Below, one piece after another: positions 9,509 to 19,147 of a DNA stretch of 54,668 bases (within the stretch, counting starts at the first letter, position 1; every line of letters begins with the position of its first letter). Source of the DNA: a virus (taxonomy: Duplodnaviria; Caudoviricetes); IMG/VR virus record IMGVR_UViG_3300035181_002389, positions 1 to 54,668 of that record; one strand, written 5' to 3'. Position numbers and translations under genes: made by a program. The notes below the pieces were generated by a model. That model was not told the DNA's origin, ran no database searches, and saw only the letters and a list, made by a program, of their open reading frames with translations.

Positions 9509-11296
9509 ATGAACAATAATTTTTCTGCACAAGAAAGCTTACAACCTACCACACTGGATTGTGGTACCACCATAGTCGAAAAGTACGAGTTCGAGCCGAT
9601 CAAGGACTACCCGATGCTCAACTGGCGCTGCAAACGTCCATTCACCTCGACGCAGTATTACCCAGCACAACTGAAGGAAGTCCACGGCGAGGAAGTCAAT
9701 GGCTGGCGCAACAAAATTTTTTGGGGCGATAACATTCAGGTGATGAGCCATCTGCTGAAGCAGTTTCGAGGCAAGATTGATCTAATTTACATCGATCCAC
9801 CTTTTGACTCGAAGGCAGACTATAAACTTAAGGTCAAAGTAAAGGGCAAAAAACACAACTGTGACTTAAATGTCATTGAAGAGAAGCAATATTCAGATAT
9901 TTGGACTGTTGACGAGTATCTTCAATTCATGTACGAACGACTGGTTCTCGCAAGAGAACTTCTATCTGAAACTGGGTCAATCTATGTTCATGCCGACTGG
10001 CACATGGATAGCTACTTACGAATGCTGTTGGACGAAATATTCGGAAGAAAAAACTATAGAAACCAAATCATCTGGCACTACAGACGTTGGACTGCACGAT
10101 CAAACTCATTCCAGAAACTTCACGATGTGATCGCCTTTTATTCGGTGTCAGATGAATATAAGTTCAATACCCTCTTCACATCGTACACAGAAGGATCGCG
10201 GAAACGAAAAGAACAAGGTGTGCTACATCGCTTCAAGTTAGGTGAGGAGCCTGTGCTTATTAGTAATGGTACAGTAAATGAACAAGGGGTTCAAGAAAAT
10301 GACGTTTGGCAGATTCCGTTTGTAGCTCCGTCCGCGAATGAAAGGTTAGGTTATCCAACGCAGAAACCCGAGAAACTCCTTGAACGAATTATTTTGGCTT
10401 CTTCGAATCCAGGTGACTTGATTCTAGACTTTTTCATGGGTTCCGGAACAACGCAGGCTGTGGCGATGAAATTGGGTCGGCGCTTCATCGGTGCTGACAT
10501 CAACCTCGGCGCGATTCAGACAACCACCAAACGCCTGATCAAGGTTGCGGAAGAATTGCGCCAGAAGCCGCTTGACCCTAACACCAAGTACTACACTGGC
10601 TTCGAGGTCTACAACGTCAACCACTACGACATTTTTCGGAATCCAGTTCAAGCCAAGGAGTTAATACTTGAAACACTAGAGGTTCAGAAGTTAAACAAAC
10701 GTTCTGTTTTTGACGGTAAAAAGGACGGACGCATGGTTAAGATCATGCCAATCAACCGCGTTGCCACACGTGTCGATTTGAATGAATTAATTGCGGGCTT
10801 TGACTACGAGGTTTGGGAGCACAAGCAGAACGAGAGCCCAAACCATCCGGTAGAAAAGATTATGCTTGTCTGTATGGGCCATGAGCCAGACTTGGCAGCA
10901 CAGCTGGAACTGTCCGCTAAACCTTTTAAGATTGACGTAGAGGTGATAGACATTCTAAGCAATAAGGATAACCTGAAGTTCAAGTGTGATTCAGAGGCTA
11001 AGATTGCGATAAAGAATGATGAGCTCGTCATTGAGCATTTCTATCCAATGAATCTTCTGCAGAAACTGTCATTACAGAAGGAAACTGTCAATGACTGGCA
11101 TAAGTATGTAGAATATGTGTTGATTGACTGGAACTATAACGGTATGATACTACAGCCTACCACTGTTGACATTCCTGCTAAGAATGAGATGGTAAAAGGT
11201 GTGTATAAAGTACCGGATAATGCTGGTACCATCCGTGTGAAGATCGTTGATTTGTTGTCAGAATCATGGGAAGGAAGTATAACCTGCAACAACTAA
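9509..11296 (+). CDS. Beta-class amino (m6A/m4C) DNA methyltransferase, type III Mod-like, orphan
   Basis: IDLIYIDPPF (motif IV) precedes YPTQKPEKLLERII and DFFMGSGTT (motif I); long C-terminal extension; no res gene follows. Confidence 0.9.
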   Translation: MNNNFSAQESLQPTTLDCGTTIVEKYEFEPIKDYPMLNWRCKRPFTSTQYYPAQLKEVHGEEVNGWRNKIFWGDNIQVMSHLLKQFRGKIDLIYIDPPFDSKADYKLKVKVKGKKHNCDLNVIEEKQYSDIWTVDEYLQFMYERLVLARELLSETGSIYVHADWHMDSYLRMLLDEIFGRKNYRNQIIWHYRRWTARSNSFQKLHDVIAFYSVSDEYKFNTLFTSYTEGSRKRKEQGVLHRFKLGEEPVLISNGTVNEQGVQENDVWQIPFVAPSANERLGYPTQKPEKLLERIILASSNPGDLILDFFMGSGTTQAVAMKLGRRFIGADINLGAIQTTTKRLIKVAEELRQKPLDPNTKYYTGFEVYNVNHYDIFRNPVQAKELILETLEVQKLNKRSVFDGKKDGRMVKIMPINRVATRVDLNELIAGFDYEVWEHKQNESPNHPVEKIMLVCMGHEPDLAAQLELSAKPFKIDVEVIDILSNKDNLKFKCDSEAKIAIKNDELVIEHFYPMNLLQKLSLQKETVNDWHKYVEYVLIDWNYNGMILQPTTVDIPAKNEMVKGVYKVPDNAGTIRVKIVDLLSESWEGSITCNN

Positions 11297-11349
11297 ACAC
11301 CTGGCTGATATGAATACCTTCAACCAGCAAGAAGAAAAGGTGATTAAAA

Positions 11350-11661
11350 TTAAATGTCAACTTGAACCATATCCCACCAACCGCTAATAGTACGCTTGAT
11401 AGTTTTGAGATCATACGGAATACCATTTTCATCTCGGTAAATATCACCTTGATAATGTGCAACTTCAATTGCCTCTTCGAGGGTTCGAGCCTTATGGATG
11501 CCGGTAACTGTCGAAACATAGAAAAGCTTAGTCTTAAAGCTATACTTGGCAAGAACATATCCAACAGCACGACGAATGGCAATGCAGTCAGGAAGGATGT
11601 AAGTGTAAATGCCTTTCATATGTTCCTCATCTGCTTCGTTGATTACATCGTTTTGAAACAT
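11350..11661 (-). CDS. Hypothetical protein
   Basis: First gene after the promoter at 11695. Confidence 0.55.
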   Translation of the reverse strand: MFQNDVINEADEEHMKGIYTYILPDCIAIRRAVGYVLAKYSFKTKLFYVSTVTGIHKARTLEEAIEVAHYQGDIYRDENGIPYDLKTIKRTISGWWDMVQVDI

Positions 11662-11694
11662 TTTAATAGATCATGTTGCTCAACCGATAGATGA

Positions 11695-11737
11695 ATTATA
11701 TCACCGATCTGGCATTTGTGCACAATTAATGTGTAAC
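11695..11737 (-). promoter_or_regulatory. Early promoter with GTTACAC box
   Basis: TATAAT at 11695-11700; GTTACAC at 11731-11737 (30 nt gap). Confidence 0.6.
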
Positions 11738-11852
11738 TACGTTTTTACAAAAGTTAGTATCACCTCACCCGCATAGAATCTTGTCGCATAGAATCTTGAC
11801 AATAAATGTTGTTAGCGAGTGCTTAGCAAGCAACCGATCATCTCGTGTGTTA

Positions 11853-12053
11853 TTATTCGGGGTTGTGAATGCTGTAAACTGCACGAATCATGCTGATAAG
11901 TCCAAACACTGTCACAACAACAAAGATGATGGAAATAGCAAAAGCCGTGACAATCGCAGATGCCTTAAGATGAACAAGAAGAAACAAAGCAACCATTGCG
12001 GTCGCAATAGCAATACTTAATACACCTACAGTACCAATTAGATAATACAACAT
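11853..12053 (-). CDS. Small two-TM membrane protein
   Basis: Two hydrophobic stretches; GGAG RBS. Confidence 0.6.
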   Translation of the reverse strand: MLYYLIGTVGVLSIAIATAMVALFLLVHLKASAIVTAFAISIIFVVVTVFGLISMIRAVYSIHNPE

Positions 12054-12113
12054 GACAAATTCACTCCACGGTTATGATAAAAACGATTGATGTCAACAGA
12101 ACACGAAGACAAA

Positions 12114-12326
12114 TCAACACGTTTTGAGATTAGAAATTTTTTCAGCAACGTTTTGAGCTTTCCAAGCCCATACTCCATAAACACCACCGAAATTCAAGCG
12201 ATTGGCAATTGTCTCAGCTTCTTGCTTCGAACAAGCATTGATAATACCAATAATCGGATCACCAACTGACATAGCATATTCTTGATCAAGATATGAAATG
12301 TTCCAGTCAATTCGATCATTAGACAT
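12114..12326 (-). CDS. Hypothetical protein
   Basis: ORF in the minus-strand unit. Confidence 0.5.
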   Translation of the reverse strand: MSNDRIDWNISYLDQEYAMSVGDPIIGIINACSKQEAETIANRLNFGGVYGVWAWKAQNVAEKISNLKTC

Positions 12327-12375
12327 GATGATAACTTTTGATCGTTTATTGTTCAGTTTTTTATTGTTGATGATG

Positions 12376-12567
12376 TCATTGTGTCTTGTTAGACACTACT
12401 TCAAGAATCTTCAGAGCATCATCAAGTTCCATATCTTCCATTGTCATGATTTCTTGATTGTTGATATCAATGCTGTAGTGGTAGTTGCCCCATGACCATA
12501 ACACCACAGAACCTTTACGAGCGATGAAGACAGGTTGCTTCATGATAATCTCCTTCAAAGTTCGCAT
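12376..12567 (-). CDS. Hypothetical protein
   Basis: Downstream of the promoter at 12602; probable start 12543 with GGAG. Confidence 0.5.
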   Translation of the reverse strand: MRTLKEIIMKQPVFIARKGSVVLWSWGNYHYSIDINNQEIMTMEDMELDDALKILEVVSNKTQ

Positions 12568-12654
12568 GAACGATAATCATTTTTTTTGATCATCTATGGA
12601 TATTATATCACAAAAACGTAGATAGTACAGACTGTTTTTGTAAAAATTTTTAAC

Positions 12655-12683
12655 AAAAAGAGACGCCCTCACGTGAGGGCGTC
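12655..12683 (-). terminator. Rho-independent terminator
   Basis: GACGCCCTCACGTGAGGGCGTC palindrome at 12662-12683, followed by TCTTTTT on the minus strand. Confidence 0.7.
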
Positions 12684-12754
12684 GGGCAAGAGATGCTATC
12701 TCAAGCGGGGTTAGAACATAGAAGAATCTTATTCAGATAAACTTGTAAACAGTT

Positions 12755-13282
12755 TCAAACATTCGCATTCATCTCTGCAAGCCTCTGTTTTGCAACATGA
12801 CGAACATATTTATCAGTGTCGCGGGCCAATGTTTTGAGACCATACCCTTGCTCTGCAACAACCATGCGAACTTCAGGGCGATGATCATTGATCAATTTAT
12901 CAAGCCCGTAGCCCTTTTGAGCAACAGCAACACGAACACCAGAGCAAGTGTCATTGATCAGAACATCAAGACCGTAGCCGTGATTAGCTACTTCTTTGCG
13001 AATCATGTAATGTTCATCATTGATTAGGATGTCCAAAGCCCGCCCATGCTGTGCAATTGCATAGCGAACAATGAAATCTTCATCTATTGCAAACGAGCAA
13101 ACTTCTTCCTCAGTAGACGTACCAGCGTAAGCATTAAGGATTTCATTGATGATGTTGTCGGGAATATTTTCCTTCATTTTCAACACGGAAATATTTTCAA
13201 GACTATACAGTGTAACGCCATAGAAGATAGCATCATCAATCAGAACAATCGTTTTGTAGGAATCGATGTGAAAAACTTTCAT
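12755..13282 (-). CDS. HEAT/LRV-type 22-aa repeat protein (4 repeats)
   Basis: Same N-terminal domain and GYGL repeats; own promoter at about 13323. Confidence 0.85.
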   Translation of the reverse strand: MKVFHIDSYKTIVLIDDAIFYGVTLYSLENISVLKMKENIPDNIINEILNAYAGTSTEEEVCSFAIDEDFIVRYAIAQHGRALDILINDEHYMIRKEVANHGYGLDVLINDTCSGVRVAVAQKGYGLDKLINDHRPEVRMVVAEQGYGLKTLARDTDKYVRHVAKQRLAEMNANV

Positions 13283-13408
13283 AATAAATCCTCTTGATGC
13301 ATTCCGTTGTTGGAATAATGATATTGTACACCATTTCTACGCACCTGCGAGCATTTTTTGTAAAAAAATGTTAAAACCAAATGTTATTCTATACTATAGT
13401 GTGTGAGA

Positions 13409-13453
13409 AAATCTTACTGTAAAAATAGAACTTAATATATCAATGTCTTAAGC
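13409..13453. repeat. 45-bp exact repeat, copy 1, inside a longer imperfect duplication
   Basis: AAATCTTACTGTAAAAATAGAACTTAATATATCAATGTCTTAAGC is identical at 15310-15354. Confidence 0.9.
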
Positions 13454-14280
13454 CAAAATAAGTTGTCAAACTTATCCTCTTGCTTCACGTCACTGTTAGC
13501 ATTGTGGTGATCAGTGATCAATTTTTCTGGGCACCATGATGCTGTTACAAGGTTTGCAAATGTTAGTTGCTGCAAACTCTTGAGTTTATCGCAGTCGTCT
13601 TGAGCCTTCACGCGAAACTCATCCAGTGTACCTGAAAAACTTCCATCTTCAATCAACGGTCCACCTTCAACATTAAAAGCATAGACAGCGCCTAGATAAC
13701 CACCCGCGCCAAAAAATGCTAAAATCGGGTGGCCTTTCTTAGCAACCTTCCCATTAAAAACACACTTATCAGCAAAGTTGCAAAACTCGCCGAAAGAGCA
13801 GCGAGTTCCGAAGACACACCGCGCGTCAAAGACACATCGAGATCCAAAATCACACTGCTCACCAAACGTTGATTCTACACCAAATGAACAAGATTTACTA
13901 AAATTGCACTGCTCGTCAAATGTGCTATATTCTTCGAAGAAACAGTATTCGCCAAAAGAACATCCACCTTCGAATTTACATTTAGCAGCAAACTTACAAT
14001 GCTCGCCGAAGGCAGCACCAATACCGAACAAGCAACGCTCATCGAAAGAACATCCGCTTCCAAAGCGGCACCATTCACCAAAGCTAGACGCCTTGTCAAA
14101 GAAACAACGCTCACCAAAAGAGCAACGATCCCCAAAAACACTATCTTCCGCGAAGAAGCATTCAGCTGCGAAAGCACAATTATTAAAATTCTTTATATCG
14201 ACATAAATTCCCGGCGGGCAATACTTTATGCCATTGATAATCGGAAAAGAATCAAATTCCTTAAGCGCAATTTTCCTCAT
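13432..14280 (-). CDS. FGxxCx hexapeptide-repeat (beta-solenoid) protein, ~23 repeats
   Basis: Strict 6-aa F/C periodicity; N-cap CPxGxY and C-terminal YAFNVEGGP...FSGTLDEFR domain are shared with 15413 and 27424. Confidence 0.85.
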   Translation of the reverse strand: MRKIALKEFDSFPIINGIKYCPPGIYVDIKNFNNCAFAAECFFAEDSVFGDRCSFGERCFFDKASSFGEWCRFGSGCSFDERCLFGIGAAFGEHCKFAAKCKFEGGCSFGEYCFFEEYSTFDEQCNFSKSCSFGVESTFGEQCDFGSRCVFDARCVFGTRCSFGEFCNFADKCVFNGKVAKKGHPILAFFGAGGYLGAVYAFNVEGGPLIEDGSFSGTLDEFRVKAQDDCDKLKSLQQLTFANLVTASWCPEKLITDHHNANSDVKQEDKFDNLFWLKTLIY

Positions 14281-14396
14281 ATTTCATTTCCTCATCAACG
14301 TTCGATAAACAACTGCAATGTTGATTATATATGATCTCTCGGCTTAGATTTGAGCCAAGAATTTACATTATTTTTATCCATTAACCTTCCAACAGA

Positions 14397-14738
14397 TTAA
14401 ATGTAGTATCCGTTAGTATTGACAACACCACCGTAGTCAAGTGTCAGCTCTTGTGTTTCATCATCCCAATCACCCCATTTAGATGGACAACCACCCCAAC
14501 TCACTGCCCCTCGCAATGCGTCAGGAAATGTTATCATGAAACAGATAGAACCTTCTTCTTGACAAATCCGCCATACGGTACAACCAACCTTTAGGTATTT
14601 TGCTTGGTCACATGGAATGAGCATTCGAATGTCATCAATATTTTCTTTAGTTACCGAAACCTTCATTCTATTAAACTCCTGAATACACTTCCACGTGATT
14701 CGTGGGCTCAAGATTTGTTTAATTTTAATACCCACCAA
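14397..14738 (-). CDS. Hypothetical protein
   Basis: ORF track; start uncertain. Confidence 0.5.
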   Translation of the reverse strand: MVGIKIKQILSPRITWKCIQEFNRMKVSVTKENIDDIRMLIPCDQAKYLKVGCTVWRICQEEGSICFMITFPDALRGAVSWGGCPSKWGDWDDETQELTLDYGGVVNTNGYYI

Positions 14739-15192
14739 GACAACGAAAAACGATGAACTTGGCTACTGTAGCTTGTCGAACCATGATGTTTTCATCTTTC
14801 ATTAGAATGCCAAGACCATATCCCTGTCTTGCGACTGCTGCTCGAACATAAGGACTTTCGTCATTAATGAGAATATTCAAACCATAACCATGGTTTGCAA
14901 CGGCTTCTCGGATAAACCATTCTTTGTCATTTACCAGAATATCAAGTGCAAAACCGCATTTTGCAATAGCAAAACGAACCTCTTCATCATCGTCGTACGC
15001 AAATTGTCGAATCTTATTTGCAGAGAAGAAACCAATGTTATTGATAATATCTTGCTCTACAAGGCTAGGAATGTCGAACATCTCAAATAACTTATCAAGA
15101 TTTGTACTATCAAAAATCATTCCATCGTAAATGACATTATCTCCGATGAAGATTATTGGTTTACCTTTGAAATGATTACGTAGAACTTTCAT
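14725..15192 (-). CDS. HEAT/LRV-type 22-aa repeat protein (3 repeats)
   Basis: Start MKVLRNHF at 15192 with GAGG; promoter at 15232-15261. Confidence 0.85.
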   Translation of the reverse strand: MKVLRNHFKGKPIIFIGDNVIYDGMIFDSTNLDKLFEMFDIPSLVEQDIINNIGFFSANKIRQFAYDDDEEVRFAIAKCGFALDILVNDKEWFIREAVANHGYGLNILINDESPYVRAAVARQGYGLGILMKDENIMVRQATVAKFIVFRCLGGY

Positions 15193-15309
15193 GATTATCC
15201 TCTTGATGCATTCAACTGACAGAGTAATGATATTATACTTCATTCTACACACGCGTGTACACTTTTGCTAAACCACAAAACTAATGTTATTCTACTAGAG
15301 TGTGTGAGG

Positions 15310-15354
15310 AAATCTTACTGTAAAAATAGAACTTAATATATCAATGTCTTAAGC
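15310..15354. repeat. 45-bp exact repeat, copy 2
   Basis: Identical to 13409-13453. Confidence 0.9.
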
Positions 15355-15412
15355 TGAAATAAGTTGTTAAACTTATCTTTGTGCTTTACGTCACGGTAGG
15401 TATTTGTGATGG

Positions 15413-16132
15413 TCAGTATTCAATCTTTTCTGGACACCATGTTGCCGCGACTATATTGGCAAACCCAAGATACTGCAACGACTTAAGCTTATCGCTTTCG
15501 GCACGAACCTTTGTACGGAATGCTTCCAGGTCACCCGAGAAGCACCCAGCTTCGATCCATGGGCCATCTGCGACATTGATGGCATAGATCGTCCTGTTGA
15601 AGCTGCCAGCACCAGATAAAGTCAACAACGGATACCCAGGCTTTGCGCGTTTCCCATTGAAAACACATCCATCACCAAAACGGCACTCACCGGCAAAAGT
15701 GCACTGCTTGCCAAAACTGCATTCAAGGTCAAAGACACAACGCTTACCGAAACTGAATAAATCACCAAAGATACAAGACTTGTCAAAGCTACAGCACTCG
15801 CCGCAGCTACAATCTTCATCAAAACTGCATCCAACACCAAATCTACAGCGATCGCCGTAGCTACAATACTCACCGAACACACAACGCTCACCGAACACAC
15901 AGCACTTGCCAAAGATACAACATTCACCAAAAGTACACTTCTTGCCAAAGACACAGTCCGAGCCAAACACACACCAATCACCAAAACAACTGTCTGCACT
16001 GAAGTGACTACCTGCAGCAAAGCTACACATATTGCCAAAATCATGGACTGAAGAGTAGTCACCAACAGGGCATTGCTTAAACCTGTTAACTACAGGCAGC
16101 ATGTCGAATTCTTCCTGTGTGTACATTTTCAT
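15413..16132 (-). CDS. FGxxCx hexapeptide-repeat protein, ~21 repeats
   Basis: Start MKMYTQEEF at 16132 with GAGG; C-terminal AGCFSGDLEAFR domain. Confidence 0.85.
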   Translation of the reverse strand: MKMYTQEEFDMLPVVNRFKQCPVGDYSSVHDFGNMCSFAAGSHFSADSCFGDWCVFGSDCVFGKKCTFGECCIFGKCCVFGERCVFGEYCSYGDRCRFGVGCSFDEDCSCGECCSFDKSCIFGDLFSFGKRCVFDLECSFGKQCTFAGECRFGDGCVFNGKRAKPGYPLLTLSGAGSFNRTIYAINVADGPWIEAGCFSGDLEAFRTKVRAESDKLKSLQYLGFANIVAATWCPEKIEY

Positions 16133-16234
16133 CTCGTGTTCCTCGTTTATATTACACCTTGGAGTTATTAAGAATATCTTTGAGATCAAAGATCTATGTT
16201 GATTGATGCATTATTTAGTTGACTTATTTTTCAT

Positions 16235-16588
16235 TCAGTACACAAGACGAACATCCCAACCTTCTTTGATGTACGAGTCAACTTTACTCTTGACCATTTC
16301 CGCGTGTTCTTTGCGAGCGTTGACAGTTCGGGTACCAATAGGTGGACGCTCTTGCCAAATATCATCATCAGCATAAATGGGTTCCTCGTACTCAGCCCCC
16401 TCAGCATCTTTAAAAAGCCAGTCAATATATGCTTTCACGGGGTCAGCAGACTCAAGAATACTGTTAAGCTCAGTATTGCTTGGTTCAGGCAAGCAGTCAA
16501 ACAACTCAACTTGTTGCACTTCGTGTTTACCAGTGCGTTTAACGATGATGTCACGCTCAGCGATGATTCCAAAATCAAGCATTTTCAA
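16235..16588 (-). CDS. Hypothetical protein, paralog of 18794-19096
   Basis: Shared RxxIVKxTG...LPEPS...PVKAYxxWL...GW motifs. Confidence 0.7.
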   Translation of the reverse strand: MKMLDFGIIAERDIIVKRTGKHEVQQVELFDCLPEPSNTELNSILESADPVKAYIDWLFKDAEGAEYEEPIYADDDIWQERPPIGTRTVNARKEHAEMVKSKVDSYIKEGWDVRLVY

Positions 16589-16615
16589 CCTACCTTTTTA
16601 ATCTATTAAAACTTC

Positions 16616-16906
16616 TTACAAATGATTCACATCACCAGTTGCGATGAAACGGACAATAGGTTCAGTATCATTTGCGAGGATATCCAATCCGTATCCTTGC
16701 TTAGCAACTGCGCAGCGAACGTGCATGTCAGGATCATTAATCAGGAAATCAAGGCCATATCCTTGCTTAGCAACTGTTTCGCGAACCCATGGATCTTTGT
16801 CATTGATAAGGATATCCAATCCATATCCTTGCTTGGCAACCTCAGCGCGAACCAAAGGGTTATTATCCTTAATCAAGGTAGCAAGCTGTTTAACGTTCGC
16901 GTTCAT
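16616..16906 (-). CDS. HEAT/LRV repeat protein lacking the N-terminal domain
   Basis: Repeats only (3 full plus 1 partial); own promoter at 16950. Confidence 0.8.
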   Translation of the reverse strand: MNANVKQLATLIKDNNPLVRAEVAKQGYGLDILINDKDPWVRETVAKQGYGLDFLINDPDMHVRCAVAKQGYGLDILANDTEPIVRFIATGDVNHL

Positions 16907-16949
16907 GATATTATCCTTTCAGCTTTGATGAAGTTCAACCGATAAATGA

Positions 16950-16992
16950 ATTATACCATAAACCTGACGTTTATACACCGCTAAAGTGTAAC
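16950..16992 (-). promoter_or_regulatory. Early promoter with GTTACAC box
   Basis: TATAAT at 16950-16955; GTTACAC at 16986-16992 (30 nt gap). Confidence 0.6.
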
Positions 16993-17048
16993 AGTTTGTA
17001 GAATCTTCTAATTTTCAAGAAAATGCACATTCCTAAGATCAATATAAT

Positions 17049-17408
17049 TCACATTGCTTTAAGCATCATTGGAATAAATGGGATAAGAACTAATGCAAAA
17101 CAAACAGCCATAATGATGCAAGTGTTTCTTATTGTGGTTCTTACTTCACGTTTACTAGCTAGATGTTCAAGCTGATCCAAACTAAGCGGATTGCCGTTTT
17201 TGTCCTTAGAGATAATACCCATCTTACGAGCAACATCAATTGCGTCACTCATTGAATTTGTTTGGTAACGACCATTTTCCGTCAGAACTTCAAATGTATA
17301 TTTTCTTAGTATATCGGCGTTGATTAAAACATATCCCCTATTACATTCAACGGCAATGCCATTAAGTACGTTAATAATCTTGGCATTGATAATTTTGACA
17401 TCTGACAT
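17049..17408 (-). CDS. Hypothetical protein with C-terminal TM helix
   Basis: Start MSDVKII with GAGG; hydrophobic C-terminus. Confidence 0.6.
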   Translation of the reverse strand: MSDVKIINAKIINVLNGIAVECNRGYVLINADILRKYTFEVLTENGRYQTNSMSDAIDVARKMGIISKDKNGNPLSLDQLEHLASKREVRTTIRNTCIIMAVCFALVLIPFIPMMLKAM

Positions 17409-17470
17409 AATGTTTAACCTCATCAGGGTAAGAAGATGATTATTCAACCATAAACAGATTTATGGTATGC

Positions 17471-17932
17471 TTAACACACATTTACATTTAACTTTCTTTG
17501 TGCAACTGAACTAACGATGTAATCAGGATCATTCACAAGGATATCAAGACAGTAACCTTTTTTCGCAACAGTTTGTCGCACCATAGGATCCTTATCATTT
17601 ACGAGCTTATAGAGACCATAACATTGTTCAGCGACTTCTTTTCGGACGAGCCAATCTTCGTCATTCACGAGAATGTCAAGTGCTTTTCCACACAATGCAA
17701 TAGCATGACGAACGTCTGGATCTGGATCAGTTGCATACTTGCGCACTTCATCATCAGATGATTTTTCACCAGTGTAATTATTAATGAGTTCTTGAAATTT
17801 CTCTTTGGAGATATAGAAAATATCAAAAAAATCCTCAAGTGTTTCTCGTGTGAAACGGATGCCATCAAACACGATATTATCATCGATAAAGACAACGGTT
17901 TTCCCCATAAAGAAATTGCGAATAACTTTCAT
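17471..17932 (-). CDS. HEAT/LRV-type 22-aa repeat protein (3 repeats)
   Basis: Close paralog of 18016-18756; promoter TTGATA-17-TATAAT at 17971-17999. Confidence 0.85.
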   Translation of the reverse strand: MKVIRNFFMGKTVVFIDDNIVFDGIRFTRETLEDFFDIFYISKEKFQELINNYTGEKSSDDEVRKYATDPDPDVRHAIALCGKALDILVNDEDWLVRKEVAEQCYGLYKLVNDKDPMVRQTVAKKGYCLDILVNDPDYIVSSVAQRKLNVNVC

Positions 17933-18015
17933 GATTAGTTCCTTCTATCGTTTTTATTACTAGTGTGTTTATTATAGCATGATCTATTACCGATATCAAA
18001 GATCAAAGTGTCTTT

Positions 18016-18756
18016 TTAAGTAGGCTCGCAATTCTTTTGAATCTCATTCAGCTTTTTCTTCGCAGTCGTGTGAACGATGTAGTATGGGTCATTCGCGAGC
18101 TTGTCAAGGCCATATCCTTTCTTAGCAACAGCATAACGCACAAAAAAGCTCTCATCATTGATGAGCTTGTCAAGGCCGTATCCCATCTCCGCTACAGTGA
18201 ATCTAACCTTTTCATCTTTGTCATTTACAAGGATATCAAGACCATAGCCTTGTTTTGCAACTTCTGATCGAACATATGGGTCATGGTCTTTAACCAACTT
18301 ATCGAGGCCATATCCTTGTGAAGCGACAGTTTGGCGCACCAAAGGTTTCTCATCATTGATGAGCTTGTCAAGCCCATATCCTTTACTGGCAACAGTTGTA
18401 CGAACATATTCATTTTCGTCATTGACCAAATTATCAAGCCCAAACCCGTGATCCGCAACTTCTTTGCGAACAACCCATTCCTCATCATTCACGAGAATGT
18501 CAAGGGCTTTGCCACACATTGCAATGGCGAGGCGAATATTTTCATCTCGATCAGTCGCGTACTTGCGCACTTCATCTTCAGGAGATTTTTCCCCAGTGTA
18601 TGTGCTGATGATTTTCTGGAATTTCTCTTCAGGGATGTAGAAGACATCAAAGAATTCTTCGATGGTTTTTCGAGTAAAGCAGATGCCATCAAAAATGATG
18701 ACATCATCGATGAAGATGATTGATTCATCGTTGAAGAAGTTGCGAAGAACTTTCAT
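18016..18756 (-). CDS. HEAT/LRV-type 22-aa repeat protein (7 repeats)
   Basis: Start MKVLRNFF at 18756 with AAGGA RBS. Confidence 0.85.
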   Translation of the reverse strand: MKVLRNFFNDESIIFIDDVIIFDGICFTRKTIEEFFDVFYIPEEKFQKIISTYTGEKSPEDEVRKYATDRDENIRLAIAMCGKALDILVNDEEWVVRKEVADHGFGLDNLVNDENEYVRTTVASKGYGLDKLINDEKPLVRQTVASQGYGLDKLVKDHDPYVRSEVAKQGYGLDILVNDKDEKVRFTVAEMGYGLDKLINDESFFVRYAVAKKGYGLDKLANDPYYIVHTTAKKKLNEIQKNCEPT

Positions 18757-18793
18757 GATAGGTTCCTTATGTTGCGGGGTATTGTGTAGGATT

Positions 18794-19096
18794 CTAGTAC
18801 GTGAATGACAGCTTCCATCCGCTGTGCAAGTGAATGTGCGCCTCGTGCTCAATTTGATTTGCGAGCTCGTTACGACGGCTTAACCCGTTCGTGTAAGTGT
18901 AGTACTTCGCTTCGTCTCGCAGCCACTCAACATATGCTTTCACTGGGGCTTGATCGTTGAGGATCTCGTCCATTTGTTCCAAGCTGGGCTCGGGCAATCC
19001 AGAGAATAGAACTTTGTATTGAATATCGTCTTCACCTGTGCTCTTAACGATGACTTCACGCTTCCCAACAATAGACAAACTGTACACGTCAATCAC
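18794..19096 (-). CDS. Hypothetical protein, paralog of 16235-16588
   Basis: Motifs shared with 16235-16588. Confidence 0.7.
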   Translation of the reverse strand: MIDVYSLSIVGKREVIVKSTGEDDIQYKVLFSGLPEPSLEQMDEILNDQAPVKAYVEWLRDEAKYYTYTNGLSRRNELANQIEHEAHIHLHSGWKLSFTY

Positions 19097-19147
19097 CTAT
19101 CATAAAAACATTACATTAAACTCTGAAGAAATCTCCAGAACATTATA

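Noticed and set aside
11770-11798. Tandem CGCATAGAATCTTG duplication
   Set aside because: A single 15-bp-period duplication in intergenic DNA, consistent with slippage; no other copies were noticed.
13409-15354. CRISPR array
   Set aside because: Only two copies 1.9 kb apart; no regularly spaced repeat-spacer structure or cas genes in the window.
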